A stretch of 64,000 bases of DNA from Ekhidna sp. (GTDB lineage: Bacteria > Bacteroidota > Bacteroidia > Cytophagales > Cyclobacteriaceae). Below, one piece after another: positions 62,436-64,000 of the stretch; position 1 is the first letter of the stretch, and each line of letters starts with the position of its first letter. The notes under the pieces are model-generated. The model saw only the letters and a list, made by a program, of their open reading frames with translations, did not search any database and had not been told where the DNA came from. The stretch spans positions 2,576,972-2,640,971 of the forward strand of contig NZ_OZ244926.1 of NCBI RefSeq assembly GCF_965221965.1. The letters run 5' to 3'. Both the position numbers and the translations under genes were made by a program.

Positions 62436-62957
62436 ATGAAAAAAGTAAAAAACTGTAAGGACTCTTACGTGACCATGACCGAACTGGTCCTGCCAAACGA
62501 CACCAACGGACTGAACAACCTCATGGGAGGCCGTCTCATGCACTGGATGGATATCGCCGCAGCGATAGCTGCACAGAAGCATTCCAACCGCATTGTGGTA
62601 ACCGCTTCCGTAGATAACATTTCCTTCTCAGAGCCCATCCGGATTGGGAATGCCGTAACCATCTCTGCTTTCGTTACACGAGCATTCAGCTCCTCAATGG
62701 AGGTATACTTAGAAGTGGTGGCCGAGGATATTCCAGCAGATAAGAAGGTGCACACTAACCGGGCGTTTTTCACGTTCGTGGCAGTGGATCAGTCAGGTAA
62801 GCCGATTGACATCCCGCAACTGGAGCCTGAGACAGAGTTTGAAAAAGAATTGTATGACGGAGCGCTCAGAAGAAGACAATTACGACTGGTGCTTGGAAAA
62901 CGCATGAAACCGAGTGAAGCAAAAGAACTAAAGTCTATCTTTGATATGGAAGATTAA
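62436..62957 (+). CDS. Hotdog-fold acyl-CoA thioesterase (YciA-like)
   Basis: LPNDTNGLNNLMGGRLMHWMD and TASVDNISF blocks. Confidence 0.85.
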   Translation: MKKVKNCKDSYVTMTELVLPNDTNGLNNLMGGRLMHWMDIAAAIAAQKHSNRIVVTASVDNISFSEPIRIGNAVTISAFVTRAFSSSMEVYLEVVAEDIPADKKVHTNRAFFTFVAVDQSGKPIDIPQLEPETEFEKELYDGALRRRQLRLVLGKRMKPSEAKELKSIFDMED

Positions 62958-62973
62958 GTCTTCCATTTTTTTT
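62946..62973 (+). terminator. Rho-independent terminator of the thioesterase gene
   Basis: ATGGAAGA-ttaag-TCTTCCAT followed by TTTTTTTT. The TAA stop sits in the loop. Confidence 0.8.
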
Positions 62974-62977
62974 GAGT

Positions 62978-63003
62978 GTCATTCCGAACGCATGTGAGGA
63001 ATC
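62978..63003 (+). repeat. REP-like element GTCA-hairpin-ATC (plus orientation)
   Basis: GTCATTCCGAACGCATGTGAGGAATC: 5-bp stem ATTCC/GGAAT, a tandem G-A/A-G mismatch, then 2 more pairs. Confidence 0.6.
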
Positions 63004-63037
63004 TTTAAATTTAAGATTCGCTGACTATTGACGATGA

Positions 63038-63062
63038 GATTTCTCGCTTCACTCGAAATGAC
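63038..63062 (-). repeat. REP-like element GTCA-hairpin-ATC (minus orientation)
   Basis: The minus strand reads GTCATTTCGAGTGAAGCGAGAAATC. It has the same architecture as 62978-63003 (5-bp stem ATTTC/GAAAT, tandem G-A/A-G mismatch, apical pair). Confidence 0.6.
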
Positions 63063-63082
63063 ACTAAAAATTTGACTCCTGC

Positions 63083-63640
63083 ATGGAAAAAGAACACCTG
63101 CACTTACTCATACACGAAGAGATTTACTTGCTATCGCAAGACGAAATCATAAACGAAGAGTCTGCAGAAAAGCAAGAAGAAGCACAGGAACCTACTTCTG
63201 TGGCTGAACCGGAACCTGAGCCTGTAGCTAAGGAGGAGGAATCTGTTGCAAAACAACCAGCTCCTGAGACGAAAGAAGCACCGGAAGAGGAACATCATCA
63301 GGATTCTCCACATATTCCTCATCACGACCTACCGGACTCCAGGCCTTTGCCATTTGCGGTGTTCCATACCAGCCATGATCCGGCTGAAAATGAGCTCCTG
63401 CATAAAATCATAGATGCCTGCAAAATACCGAAGAGCGAGTATAAGATTTTCAGCAATGGTTTTGACCAGGCGGTGAAATTCAAAAAAGCACTGGTATTCG
63501 TGCCGGAAGCCAAAGCCTTCTACACCCCTATTCCTTACAAAGGCAGTGAGTTCCTCTGCTCCAAACCACTATCCATACTAGCCGCAGACGTAAACGAGAA
63601 AGCCAGGCTCTGGGGAGCGCTTCAAAAGTTTGTACTGTAA
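63083..63640 (+). CDS. Hypothetical protein with an acidic Pro/Glu-rich linker
   Basis: Short N-terminal segment, about 70 aa of E/P/A low complexity, and a C-terminal roughly 95-aa globular part ending KARLWGALQKFVL. Confidence 0.5.
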   Translation: MEKEHLHLLIHEEIYLLSQDEIINEESAEKQEEAQEPTSVAEPEPEPVAKEEESVAKQPAPETKEAPEEEHHQDSPHIPHHDLPDSRPLPFAVFHTSHDPAENELLHKIIDACKIPKSEYKIFSNGFDQAVKFKKALVFVPEAKAFYTPIPYKGSEFLCSKPLSILAADVNEKARLWGALQKFVL

Positions 63641-63667
63641 AACGGTATCTTTGGAAGATATAAGCGG

Positions 63668-63693
63668 ATATAGTGCATAAAAGTGCACTATAT
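63668..63693. promoter_or_regulatory. Perfect 10-bp inverted repeat ATATAGTGCA-n6-TGCACTATAT
   Basis: Seen directly in the sequence. It extends to about 13 pairs if a G-T pair is allowed. It lies between the stop at 63640 and the next ATG at 63713, with no U-tract. Confidence 0.5.
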
Positions 63694-63712
63694 TCGGATG
63701 TTATGGGCAATC

Positions 63713-64000
63713 ATGCAGCACAGAATTAAGAAATACAGCAACAAGTTGAGCTTTAACAGTCACGATGACTTTGACACGCATCCTGTCGCTGAGGTCAACT
63801 GCCCTAACTGCGGAACAACTACGAATATCAACTTTTCCAACTTACGAAAACATCAGGACAGTCAATTCTCAAACTTGTCGGACGAACACAACGAACTTCT
63901 AACTCGCATAACTTCAGACTCTGCACCTGAACTCACGAACTCCTTCCTAGATTACTATTGTCCTAACTGCAAAACTGGAATCAGAATTCTATATGAAAGT
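63713..64000 (+). CDS. Hypothetical zinc-ribbon-like protein, 3' end outside the window
   Basis: My own translation from the ATG at 63713 gives 96 codons with no stop up to the window end, so it is absent from the ORF track. It carries two CPNC motifs (NCPNCGTT ... YCPNCKTG). Confidence 0.45.
   Translation, partial: MQHRIKKYSNKLSFNSHDDFDTHPVAEVNCPNCGTTTNINFSNLRKHQDSQFSNLSDEHNELLTRITSDSAPELTNSFLDYYCPNCKTGIRILYES

Overview
This 64-kb segment reads as chromosomal DNA from a Bacteroidota genome (Cytophagia/Flavobacteriia-like). Supporting signs are a SusC/SusD pair, DUF1573- and DUF4159-type proteins, secreted MORN/YwqK and LRR repeat proteins, several TTG starts, and tightly overlapping operons. 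I count about 56 protein-coding genes. Most are housekeeping: gyrB, trpS, pgi, hemF, ribE, pcm, mtaB, bcp, a two-subunit transketolase, PNP, a phosphosugar mutase, a DEAD-box helicase, and a tesA/ybbA/ybbP-type module. I found no rRNA, tRNA, CRISPR array, transposase, integrase or prophage genes. Five things stand out. (1) An orphan 1449-aa polytopic membrane protein combines two Cache-like extracytoplasmic regions, a multi-TM core and an embedded degenerate P-loop NTPase/winged-helix-like module. (2) A three-gene operon of signal-peptide proteins is built around a TPR-CHAT (caspase-fold) protein and a beta-barrel. (3) A small AT-rich islet carries an RNxxxH (HEPN-type) protein, a tail-anchored mini-protein and a VapBC pair. 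(4) A structured leader with a 15-codon uORF and an intrinsic terminator sits 18 nt upstream of a membrane-protein/lipoprotein operon. (5) A family of GTCA-hairpin-(A/G)TC REP-like intergenic elements occurs partly as inverted pairs. All functional calls come from motif recognition by eye on the translated ORFs. No database search was run, so family names are hypotheses to verify.
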